Shown: one piece after another, positions 24,375 through 33,332 of the stretch
How the letters are laid out: each line of letters starts with the position of its first letter
Position numbering within the stretch: the stretch's first letter is position 1
Source of the DNA: an uncultured Verrucomicrobiae bacterium
Lineage (GTDB): Bacteria > Verrucomicrobiota > Verrucomicrobiia > Palsa-1439
Length of the DNA: 64,000 nucleotides
NCBI GenBank assembly: GCA_963812605.1
Contig: CAWEWF010000014.1
Location: 640,001 to 704,000, forward strand
Reading direction: 5' to 3'
Translations under genes and position numbers: made by a program
Notes under the pieces: generated by a model
What the model saw: only the letters and a program-made list of their open reading frames with translations
Told to the model about the DNA's origin: nothing
Database searches by the model: none

Positions 24375-25220
24375 TCAGGCGCGACGACGGCGCAGGAGGC
24401 AAAGTCCGCCAAGCCCCGCGGCTACCAACATGAGAGAACTGGGTTCGGGCACAATCGAGAGATCTTTATCCTTGCTGATGAGTACCGAACCGCCCGGAGC
24501 GATATTCAGATCCCATTCGAGAGCCCAAGTTACAGCCCCGGTGGCATTTGAATTGTTGTTAAGCACGACTGGAACCGCGCCGTTATTCAACTTGGCGAGT
24601 GTCGAGAACTCATTGGCTGCTTCACTCTCGTTGGCCATTCGCGCCACAACGGTTTCACTCATGGCCAAGTTCCCAAGGTTCTGGTAGGCGCCATTGTACC
24701 CAAAGAAGGGGGCCTTACTCATTGTCACGGTTTGCCCGCCAATGGTGTTGTTCAAGTCAAAATCCGAATACTCATAGAAAATGAACGGGAGGGTATTGGT
24801 GGTATTGTTGTTAATCTGGATCTGCTCCCCAAGGTCAGATTGCCCGCTTCCCGGAGTACCGCCATTCAAGCTGTAACCGACGGACAGATTGAAAAGTGGT
24901 GACCCGTAAGATATCGTCCCCGCACTGGGGACGGTCTGTGCCAGCACGGCGGGACTGATCGTGTCGATCGAGGCTGGCGGCGTGCTGCCCCCGGGTGGTC
25001 CCAGCGCGTACCAAAACCATTCCTGATAAATTTGGTTAACGCCATCGACCTGCCAGTTGAACAGTCCGGCTTGAGAGCCGGCATTAACCTGGGCGACCGA
25101 GTTTTGGTTGGCAAGGGTAAGTATTTGCCCCGCCACCGGAGCAGACGCACACAGAATCGGCAGAACAATCGCTACGGCAGCTCCCCTCACCACTGTCATC
25201 ACAAAAGATTTGACTCGCAT
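24375..25220 (-). CDS. PEP-CTERM protein
   Basis: Signal peptide from MRVKSFV; ends IVPEPSSLMLVAAGLGGLCLLRRRRA. Confidence 0.9.
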   Translation of the reverse strand: MRVKSFVMTVVRGAAVAIVLPILCASAPVAGQILTLANQNSVAQVNAGSQAGLFNWQVDGVNQIYQEWFWYALGPPGGSTPPASIDTISPAVLAQTVPSAGTISYGSPLFNLSVGYSLNGGTPGSGQSDLGEQIQINNNTTNTLPFIFYEYSDFDLNNTIGGQTVTMSKAPFFGYNGAYQNLGNLAMSETVVARMANESEAANEFSTLAKLNNGAVPVVLNNNSNATGAVTWALEWDLNIAPGGSVLISKDKDLSIVPEPSSLMLVAAGLGGLCLLRRRRA

Positions 25221-25439
25221 ATCTCCCATTCCCCTTCCGCTCGCCTCGCTAAAAACGCGCGGATGCATTTGCCACCTACTAATGTGCTCTTTTTGGCAGG
25301 ATCTTTGCCGACTGTCAACATAATAATGCAAACGCTTACAGTCCCACTTGGATGACGGGCGGTGCGGTCGGAGGCGCATTGCAATGCGGTTGCCATCGAC
25401 ACGAGAAGAGATTCGGTCAAGTCCGAAGCCAGGTTCGCG

Positions 25440-25477
25440 CCAATCAGAGGGTTTTCTGTGGGGCGAGACGAGGATCG
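25440..25477 (-). repeat. Degenerate third copy of the TMTC promoter cassette
   Basis: CCAATCAGAGGGTTTTCTGTGGGGCGAGACGAGGATCG. The -35 reads TCGTCT, the -10 reads TCTGAT, and no ATG follows. Confidence 0.7.
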
Positions 25478-25586
25478 CTGGTCGCAAAGCAACGTTGTAT
25501 TGGGCGAAGGCGTTTTGTTAGTGTGCGGCGGTCGCACACGCGCTGGAAGGAATTAGCGGGCACGCGTCCCGCTCCTAACGAACACG

Positions 25587-27041
25587 ATGAAGATTTTTTT
25601 TGCGGCCAGTGAGATGACGCCTTACGCCAAGACGGGCGGATTGGGCGACGTGGTGGGCGCGCTGCCGGGGGCGCTCCGCCAGCTCGGGCACGAACTGACG
25701 TGCTGCCTGCCGTTCTACCGCTGTGCGCAAGAGGTGGCGCGCGACGCCAAGGCGATCGGCTTGACGCTGCAGATCCCGCTGGGGAGCCGGACGGTGACGG
25801 GCGACGTGATGGAGTTGACGCGGCCCGATGGCGTGCGGGTGCTGTTCATACGGCGCGATGAATTCTTCGATCGCTCGGAGTTGTATTACACCGGTGTCCG
25901 CGACTATGAAGACAACGCGGAACGGTTTTTATTTTTCTCGAAAGCGGTGGTCGAGTTGCTCGGGTACACCCGGTTCCAGGCCGACATCGTGCACTGCCAC
26001 GACTGGCCGGCGGCGTTTGTGCCGGTGCAGCTTCGCTATCGCCAGGACAAACTCGCACAGGCAGGGACGCCTGTGGCACCGCCGGCGAAGTCGGTGTTCA
26101 CGATCCATAACATCGCCTACCAGGGAATGTTCTGGAGCCCGGACTTTCCGCTGACGAATTTGCCCGGCGAATTCTTCACGCCCGAGTCGCTGGAGTTTTA
26201 CGGGCAGATGAACCTGATGAAGGGGGGAATCCTTTTTTCCGACGCGGTCACCACCGTGAGCCGGAAGTACGCCCAGGAAATCCAGACAGCGGAGGGCGGG
26301 TTCGGGCTCGACACGGTCCTCGCCACGCGACCCGACGGCGTGCAGGGGATCGTCAATGGTGTGGACTACACGCGGTGGAACCCCGCCACGGACCTGCAGT
26401 TGCGACAGCGTTATACGCCGGAGGATTTATCCGGCAAACGCGCCTGCCGGGCGGAACTGCTGGCGAAACTGGGACTGGAGGCGGACGAGACGCAGCCCGT
26501 GGCGGCTTTCGTGTCGCGGTTGACGGAACAAAAGGGGGTGGAGGTGCTGGTGGGCGCCGTGGAGGAACTGGTGAAGTCGGGGCTGCTTTTGATCGTCCTG
26601 GGAAAGGGCGAGCGAAAATATGAGGAGATCCTCGCGGGGGTGGCCGAGGAATTCCCGCGACAGGTCGCCGTGAGGATCACCCACGACGAGGAGTTGTCGC
26701 ACCAGATCCAGGGTGGGGCGGACATGCTGTTGGTGCCGTCGCATTTTGAACCGTGCGGGTTGACGCAATTGTACGCCCTGAAGTACGGTACGATTCCCGT
26801 GGTACGGGCGACGGGCGGGCTGGAGGACACGGTGCAGCAATACAATCCGCGGTCGGGGGAGGGAACTGGTTTCAAATTTGCTCCTTACACATCGGCGGCG
26901 CTGGTGGAAGCGGCGCAACAAGCGATTTTGCTCCACAAGCAGCCCAAGAAATGGCAGAAATTAATGCGGAACGCGATGGCCCGCGATTTTTCATGGCGAG
27001 CCAGCGCGCGGAAATATGAAAAACTGTACGCGGCGCTCTGA
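25587..27041 (+). CDS. glgA: Glycogen synthase (GT5)
   Basis: Motifs KTGGLGDV, HCHDW, FTIHNIAYQG and PSHFEPCGLTQLYA. Confidence 0.95.
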   Translation: MKIFFAASEMTPYAKTGGLGDVVGALPGALRQLGHELTCCLPFYRCAQEVARDAKAIGLTLQIPLGSRTVTGDVMELTRPDGVRVLFIRRDEFFDRSELYYTGVRDYEDNAERFLFFSKAVVELLGYTRFQADIVHCHDWPAAFVPVQLRYRQDKLAQAGTPVAPPAKSVFTIHNIAYQGMFWSPDFPLTNLPGEFFTPESLEFYGQMNLMKGGILFSDAVTTVSRKYAQEIQTAEGGFGLDTVLATRPDGVQGIVNGVDYTRWNPATDLQLRQRYTPEDLSGKRACRAELLAKLGLEADETQPVAAFVSRLTEQKGVEVLVGAVEELVKSGLLLIVLGKGERKYEEILAGVAEEFPRQVAVRITHDEELSHQIQGGADMLLVPSHFEPCGLTQLYALKYGTIPVVRATGGLEDTVQQYNPRSGEGTGFKFAPYTSAALVEAAQQAILLHKQPKKWQKLMRNAMARDFSWRASARKYEKLYAAL

Positions 27042-27074
27042 GGCGCGGCGGCTGAAAAGTGGGGACAGACGGTT

Positions 27075-28097
27075 ATGCCAGAACTTCGCAAGGATCCAAT
27101 TGTCGGTCGGTGGGTGATCGTGGCGACGGAACGCGGGAAGCGCCCGAGCGATTTTGCGGCGCAACCCAGCGAGGTGCTCGACCCGGCCAAGAACCCCTTC
27201 GCCGAGGGCAACGAACACATGACGCCGCCGGAGATTTTCGCCTTTCGCGACCCGAAGAGCAAGGCGAACGGCCCGAACTGGCAGGTGCGCGTGGTGCCGA
27301 ACAAATTCCCGGCGTTGCGCATCGAGGGCGACATCGACAAGGAAGGGCAGGGGATCTACGACAAGATGAACGGCATCGGCGCGCACGAGGTCATCATCGA
27401 GACGCCGAACCCGAACCTGCAACTGGAGCAACAACCGGTCGAGGCCATCGGGCGCGTCGTCGAGACCTACAAGGTCCGCATGACCGATCTGCTGCGCGAT
27501 CCGCGGTTCCGCTACATTTTAATTTTCAAGAATTTCGGACGGCAGGCCGGCGCGACAATCGGGCATCCGCACTCGCAGTTGATCGCCACGCCCGTCACGC
27601 CGAAGCGATTGAAGGAAAAACTGGTCGGCGCGATGCAGTACTACGCCTACAAGGACCGCAGCATTTTTGAGGACATCCTCAAGCAGGAAATCAAGGAGGG
27701 TTCGCGGCTGGTGTACGAGAACGCGGGTTTTGTGGCGTATTGCCCGTTCGCGTCGCGCTTCCCGTTCGAGGTCACGGTCATCCCGCGGCGGCAATCAGCA
27801 TATTTCCAGGACATTCATCCCGACGAGATCCTGTTGCTGGCCGATGCGCTGAAGGTGACGTTGCAGAAGCTGGCGAAGGCGCTGAACCAGCCGCAGTACA
27901 ATTATATCGTCAACACGGCACCGGCGCGTTACGCGCACCACGGCTTCTGGTCGACCATCGACCAGGACTTCCGCTGGCACATCGAGATTCTGCCGCGATT
28001 GACGCTGATCGCGGGCTTTGAGGTCGGCACGGGTTTTTACATCAACCCGACGACACCCGAGGAAGCCGCCAAGTATCTCCGCGAGATCCCGGTCTAA
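27075..28097 (+). CDS. galT: GalT-family nucleotidyltransferase (galactose-1-phosphate uridylyltransferase-like)
   Basis: Motifs ELRKDP, ERGKRP, VVPNKFPAL, HEVIIE, HPHSQ and AGFEVGTG. Confidence 0.85.
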   Translation: MPELRKDPIVGRWVIVATERGKRPSDFAAQPSEVLDPAKNPFAEGNEHMTPPEIFAFRDPKSKANGPNWQVRVVPNKFPALRIEGDIDKEGQGIYDKMNGIGAHEVIIETPNPNLQLEQQPVEAIGRVVETYKVRMTDLLRDPRFRYILIFKNFGRQAGATIGHPHSQLIATPVTPKRLKEKLVGAMQYYAYKDRSIFEDILKQEIKEGSRLVYENAGFVAYCPFASRFPFEVTVIPRRQSAYFQDIHPDEILLLADALKVTLQKLAKALNQPQYNYIVNTAPARYAHHGFWSTIDQDFRWHIEILPRLTLIAGFEVGTGFYINPTTPEEAAKYLREIPV

Positions 28098-28115
28098 ACG
28101 CCGCAAGGATCACTC

Positions 28116-30290
28116 ATGCCGCTCCACGTCGCCTTTCTCTGGCACATGCACCAGCCGTACTATGTCGACCCGATTCGCGGGGCGGCGCTGATGCCATGGG
28201 TGCGCCTGCATGCGACCAAGGGTTATCTCGACATGATCTGGCTGGCGGACCAGTACCCGGAGGTTCATTGCACCTTCAACCTGACACCGGTGCTCTTGCT
28301 GCAAATCCAGCAACTCGCCAACGATGAGGTGCGAGACCTTTGGCGCGAACTGGCGGCCCCGCCCCCGGAGACGCTTACCCTGGCGCAAAAGGCGAACCTG
28401 TTGGAACATTTCTTCAAGGCGAATTGGGACAACATGATCAAGCCGTTCCCGCGTTACTGGGCGCTGCTGCAAAAGCGCGGGCTCAACGCGGCGAAGATCA
28501 ACCTCGAACACGCCGTCGGCAGTTTCACCGACCAGGAATTTCGCGATCTGCAAGTGTGGTTCAACCTGACGTGGTTCGGCTACGCCGCCGATCGGCTGTA
28601 CCCCGAGATTGCCGACCTGAAACGGAAGGGTGGGGGATTCAGCGAGGAGGACAAGCAGACGGTCTTTGACCACCAGCGGGTCGTCCTGAAAACCGTGCTT
28701 GGTTACTACAAGGCCCTCGCCCAGCGCGGCCAGATCGAAATCAGCACGACGCCCTTTTTTCATCCGATCCTGCCGCTGGTGTACAACACCGAGTTCGCCC
28801 GCCGCTGCATGCCGGGCCGGGAACTGCCGCCGCCGTTGTCGCATCCCGAAGATGTCCGCGCGCAGTTGACCATGGCCCGCGACCTGCATACGCAAATCTT
28901 CGGCGCGCCGCCGCGCGGGGTGTGGCCGTCGGAAGGTTCCGTTTGTCCGGAGCTTATCCCGATCTTCGAGGAACTCGGCTACGAATGGTTCGCCACCGAT
29001 GAGGAAAATCTCTGGCGGAGCCTGGCCGTGGTGCACCCGGGCCGGAGCTTCGACCGCGGTATGTTGTTTCAGGGATACCGCGCGCAGTTTGGCGATGCGA
29101 GCGCATGCCTTGCGTTTCGCGAACGGACGTTGAGCGATTTTATCGGGTTTACAGCCTCGCGCAACGATCCGCAACGCGCCGCTGATTTCATGATCGGCCA
29201 GATCGAACAGATTGCCCGCATCGCACAGGGCGTTGACCCGTTGTGCGCGGTGATTCTCGACGGCGAAAATGCCTGGGAACATTTCCCCGACGGCGGCCAG
29301 GCGTTCCTGCGGGAACTATACCAACGATTGTCCGCGCACGAGGGAATTATCACGACGACCTTCCATGATTATTTCTCGGGGCATCCACCCAGCGCGACCC
29401 TGAGCACGCTGCACACCGGCTCGTGGATCCGCGCCGACTTTGATGTGTGGATTGGCGAGCCCGAGGAGAATCGCGGCTGGGAATTGCTCGGCCAGACCCG
29501 GGACTTTTTACAACGGAAGGCCGATCAGCGCGAGATCACGCCTGAACAGCACCGGCAGGCCATGCAGGAGATTTACGCCGCGGAGGGCAGCGACTGGTTC
29601 TGGTGGTACGGCAGCGACTTTGTGACGGACAACGACCTGATTTTCGACGAACTCTTCCGCACGCATCTGCAAAACGTCTATCGCCTTTGCGGGATGCCGG
29701 TCCCGGACGTTTTGAAGACAAACATTTGCCGCTCCGAGGTCGCCCGCGAGGTCCGCAAGCCGACCGACCTCATCACGCCGACGATCGACGGATTGATTAC
29801 GTCCTATTATGAATGGGCTGGCGCGGGTGTTTACGAAGCGGGCCGCAACATGGGCGCGATGTACCGGAGCGAGCGCTGTGTCGAGGCTGTACAGTTCGGC
29901 GCCAATCTTACCACGTTCTACCTGCGCGTTGACTTTCGCAAAGGCGTCGAGCTGCCACCCAAAATGGCTTTGCGGGTCAACTTCATCGATCCCACGCACC
30001 GGGCGCTCCTTATTATGGAGCTTAAACCCGATCTCGGTCGTGCGGAACTATGGGTCACCGATCCGGAGTCTTCGCCTAAAAAGCTGTCCGAGGTCAGTCT
30101 TATCAAATTCGACAAGATCCTCGAACTGGGCATCCCACTGGCCGACCTAGGGTGGAAGCAGAGAGAACAGGCCGCTTTCTTTATCCAACTGCTCGATCAG
30201 GACGTGGAATTGGAACGCCATCCCGACATCGGCACGCTAAGCCTGACCGTACCCGACGAACTATTCGCCGCCGAGAACTGGTGGGTCTGA
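28116..30290 (+). CDS. GH57 glycoside hydrolase (amylopullulanase-like)
   Basis: Motifs WHMHQPYY, HPILPL, WPSEGSV, ILDGENAWE and AEGSDWFWW. Confidence 0.92.
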   Translation: MPLHVAFLWHMHQPYYVDPIRGAALMPWVRLHATKGYLDMIWLADQYPEVHCTFNLTPVLLLQIQQLANDEVRDLWRELAAPPPETLTLAQKANLLEHFFKANWDNMIKPFPRYWALLQKRGLNAAKINLEHAVGSFTDQEFRDLQVWFNLTWFGYAADRLYPEIADLKRKGGGFSEEDKQTVFDHQRVVLKTVLGYYKALAQRGQIEISTTPFFHPILPLVYNTEFARRCMPGRELPPPLSHPEDVRAQLTMARDLHTQIFGAPPRGVWPSEGSVCPELIPIFEELGYEWFATDEENLWRSLAVVHPGRSFDRGMLFQGYRAQFGDASACLAFRERTLSDFIGFTASRNDPQRAADFMIGQIEQIARIAQGVDPLCAVILDGENAWEHFPDGGQAFLRELYQRLSAHEGIITTTFHDYFSGHPPSATLSTLHTGSWIRADFDVWIGEPEENRGWELLGQTRDFLQRKADQREITPEQHRQAMQEIYAAEGSDWFWWYGSDFVTDNDLIFDELFRTHLQNVYRLCGMPVPDVLKTNICRSEVAREVRKPTDLITPTIDGLITSYYEWAGAGVYEAGRNMGAMYRSERCVEAVQFGANLTTFYLRVDFRKGVELPPKMALRVNFIDPTHRALLIMELKPDLGRAELWVTDPESSPKKLSEVSLIKFDKILELGIPLADLGWKQREQAAFFIQLLDQDVELERHPDIGTLSLTVPDELFAAENWWV

Positions 30291-30399
30291 CGATCCAAAA
30301 GACGCCTACATATCCTAATTATTAGACATAATCTATATTGTGCGACGTTGGCTGTGGGCCAACGTTCTGGGGTTAAATGTCCCAGCGTGTGCTTACCTG

Positions 30400-31377
30400 C
30401 TAATCCACCCGACCGAATCGGCTGCTGAATGGCCAATACACGAACACCGCCCTGCCAACAAGATCCTCCTGCGGCACCGATCCCCAGAAGCGACCGTCCA
30501 GACTGTTCGGGCTGTTATCACCCATCGGAAACAGATGTTTCAGCGGTACCGTGTAGGTGTTTGTGGACGAGAGCAAGTATTTTGCAGGGGGAAATGCATC
30601 TGGATTGGGAAACACATACCCGTGGTATCCATTGCCCAGGGAATCGCGCCACCCATTCCCAAATGAATACATGCGCCTGAATGCCTCCCGTCCATCCAAG
30701 ACCTCGCCATTGACGAGGACGTACGGGGGCTTGATCTGGATGACATCATTCTCCAGCCCAATCAGGCGTTTGATGTAGAAATTGCCGCGGGAGGAAGCCG
30801 GGACATCCGGTATGTGGCTGGTGTCGAACACAATGACCTCACCGCGACGCGGCTTCCGAAAGTGGTAACTGATCTTATCCACAAAAATATGATCACCCCG
30901 TCGGCGAAACCCGTACATTTCGTACATGTTCCCCTGGAAGATAATCCCTGCGAGGCGCTCGAGAATGGACGGCGGACTGCCGGCATAGGGCTGCGGCGGC
31001 CGTTCGGGCGGTGGATAGACCCCGTACAGCGTGGGTTGCATCGAGCCGGTCGGGATCTTAAATGGTTGGATAAAGAATGTCCGTACCGCCATGGCCACGA
31101 TGACTGCGACGAGCAACACCTCGATGTTTTCCCGCAGGGCCGGAGATTTCTGCGATGGCAGCGCGCCCTGGATTTTCTGTTCCAGTTCGTCGGACCGCGC
31201 GGCCGCGCCCTTGACGTTTCCCGTTTTCAGCGCCTGCTCCAACTCCCCGATCTTGGTCGTGATCGCGAGCGTTTGAGCGGGCGCGAGCAGATCGCGATTG
31301 ATTCGCAACCACTTTCGCGCGCCGCGAACCATTTCCCGCGCATCCCGTAATGTCTTGCGATCTTCCGACTTGCTCAT
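30400..31377 (-). CDS. lepB: Signal peptidase I
   Basis: Motifs FKIPTGSMQPTL, YIKRLIG and MGDNSPNSLDGRFWG; directly downstream of lepA. Confidence 0.93.
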   Translation of the reverse strand: MSKSEDRKTLRDAREMVRGARKWLRINRDLLAPAQTLAITTKIGELEQALKTGNVKGAAARSDELEQKIQGALPSQKSPALRENIEVLLVAVIVAMAVRTFFIQPFKIPTGSMQPTLYGVYPPPERPPQPYAGSPPSILERLAGIIFQGNMYEMYGFRRRGDHIFVDKISYHFRKPRRGEVIVFDTSHIPDVPASSRGNFYIKRLIGLENDVIQIKPPYVLVNGEVLDGREAFRRMYSFGNGWRDSLGNGYHGYVFPNPDAFPPAKYLLSSTNTYTVPLKHLFPMGDNSPNSLDGRFWGSVPQEDLVGRAVFVYWPFSSRFGRVD

Positions 31378-31388
31378 GGCTTGTTCCC

Positions 31389-33185
31389 CTACCCCGATTT
31401 CAACACCGAGATGAACGCTTCCTGCGGAATGTTCACCTTGCCGATGGCCTTCATGCGCTTCTTGCCTTCCTTCTGTTTCTCCCACAGTTTGCGTTTGCGC
31501 GAGATGTCGCCGCCATAACATTTCGCCGTGACATTCTTCGATAGTGCCTTGACCGTTTCGCGGGCAATGATTTTCCCGCCGATGGCCGCCTGGATGGCCA
31601 CCTGGAACATCTGCTGCGGGATCACTTCCTGAAGTTTCAATGCCAGCGCCCGGCCGCGGGTTTCCGCCTTGCTGCGATGCACGATGCTGGAAAACGCATC
31701 CACCGGCTCGCTATTGACGAGGATGTCGAGCTTCACCAGGTCGCCCTCCCGATAGCCGTGCGGCTCGTAATCCATCGAGCCATAACCGCGCGTGATGCTT
31801 TTGATTTTGTCGTGGAAATCCACGAGGATCTCGTTCAGCGGCAGTTCGGCGGTCAACATCACGCGGCGCGTATCAATGGAATCGGTCTTCGATACCAAAC
31901 CGCGTTTTTCCATGACCAGTTGGAGCATGTCGCCGATATTTTCGTTGGGGCAAATAATGAACGCCTTCACATACGGTTCCTCGATGTGGTCGATCACCGA
32001 CGGATCGGGCAGGAAGACCGGGTTGTCGACATCGAGGATTTCGCCGTTGGTCTTGAGCACCTTGTAAATGACGCTGGGGTACGTGGCGATGATGTCCATG
32101 TCCCACTGCCGCCGTAGGCGCTCCTGGACGATTTCCATGTGCAGCAGCCCCAGGAAGCCGCAGCGAAACCCGAAGCCGAGGGCCGCCGAGCTTTCGGATT
32201 GATACTGGAACGCCGAGTCGTTGAGTTGTAGTTTTCCCAGCGCAATCTTCAGGTGTTCGAAGTCCGCCGAATCGATCGGGTACAATCCGCTGAAGACCAT
32301 CGGGTGCACTTTCTGGAATCCCGGCAACGGCTTCTTCGCGGGCTGGCGCGCATCGGTGATCGTTTCGCCGATCTTTACGTCGGCCGTGGTCTTGATATTG
32401 GCAATGACGTACCCGGTGCTGCCCGCCGACAGTTTCTTGCGCGGCTCAGGCTTCGGCGTAAAGACACCAACATCTTTTACCTCGTACTTCAGCCCCGTGC
32501 TCATAAGCTGGATCATCATTCCCGGCATGATTTCGCCCGCAAACAACCGCACATAGGTCACCACGCCACGATAGGTGTCGAACATCGAATCGAACACCAG
32601 CGCTTGCAGGGCAATGTCGGTGGGCGGTTGCGGCGGCGGAATTCGCTCGACCACGCCGCGCAAAATATCATGGATGCCGACGCCCGTTTTCGCGCTCGCG
32701 AGAATCGCCGTGTCGCCGGGAATGGCAAGGATGTCTTCGAGCTGGCGTTTTGTCTCTTCAACGTTCGCGTTCGGCAGGTCGATCTTGTTGATGATCGGGA
32801 CAATGGTGAGCTCCTGCTTTGACGCCATGTGCACATTCGCGACCGTCTGCGCCTCGACGCCCTGTGCCGCGTCCACCACCAGCAACGCCCCTTCGCACGC
32901 CGCCAGGCTGCGCGACACTTCGTAGGCGAAATCCACGTGGCCCGGCGTGTCGATCAAGTTCAACTCGTACACCTGGCCGTCCTCGGCGTGCCAGGTCATC
33001 GTCACCGGGTGCGCCTTGATCGTGATGCCGCGTTCGCGTTCGAGGTCCATCGAGTCCAGCACCTGTTCGCGCATCTCGCGTTTCTCCAGTGCTCCTGTCG
33101 TCTCCAACAACCGGTCTGACAACGTCGTCTTGCCATGGTCGATGTGCGCGATGATGCAAAAATTCCGTATATGCCCCAAATCCAT
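31389..33185 (-). CDS. lepA: Elongation factor 4
   Basis: Motifs [36 protein letters not shown] and [13 protein letters not shown]. Confidence 0.98.
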   Translation of the reverse strand: MDLGHIRNFCIIAHIDHGKTTLSDRLLETTGALEKREMREQVLDSMDLERERGITIKAHPVTMTWHAEDGQVYELNLIDTPGHVDFAYEVSRSLAACEGALLVVDAAQGVEAQTVANVHMASKQELTIVPIINKIDLPNANVEETKRQLEDILAIPGDTAILASAKTGVGIHDILRGVVERIPPPQPPTDIALQALVFDSMFDTYRGVVTYVRLFAGEIMPGMMIQLMSTGLKYEVKDVGVFTPKPEPRKKLSAGSTGYVIANIKTTADVKIGETITDARQPAKKPLPGFQKVHPMVFSGLYPIDSADFEHLKIALGKLQLNDSAFQYQSESSAALGFGFRCGFLGLLHMEIVQERLRRQWDMDIIATYPSVIYKVLKTNGEILDVDNPVFLPDPSVIDHIEEPYVKAFIICPNENIGDMLQLVMEKRGLVSKTDSIDTRRVMLTAELPLNEILVDFHDKIKSITRGYGSMDYEPHGYREGDLVKLDILVNSEPVDAFSSIVHRSKAETRGRALALKLQEVIPQQMFQVAIQAAIGGKIIARETVKALSKNVTAKCYGGDISRKRKLWEKQKEGKKRMKAIGKVNIPQEAFISVLKSG

Positions 33186-33215
33186 GAGCCGCGCAGTCTA
33201 TCAGCGATTGCCATT

Positions 33216-33273
33216 GTAGGGCAAGCGCCCCGCTTGCCAATCCCAACGGCGGCAGGCGACGCGCCTGCCCTAC
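33216..33273. repeat. Inverted REP pair (same family as the RAYT1 REPs) upstream of lepA
   Basis: GTAGGGCAAGCGCCCCGCTTGCC and GGCAGGCGACGCGCCTGCCCTAC. Confidence 0.8.
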
Positions 33274-33332
33274 AACTGCTGCGGTGGCAGTCCTCTTCCC
33301 GGATTTTGCGGCTGGCAATCAGGGAACAACCT

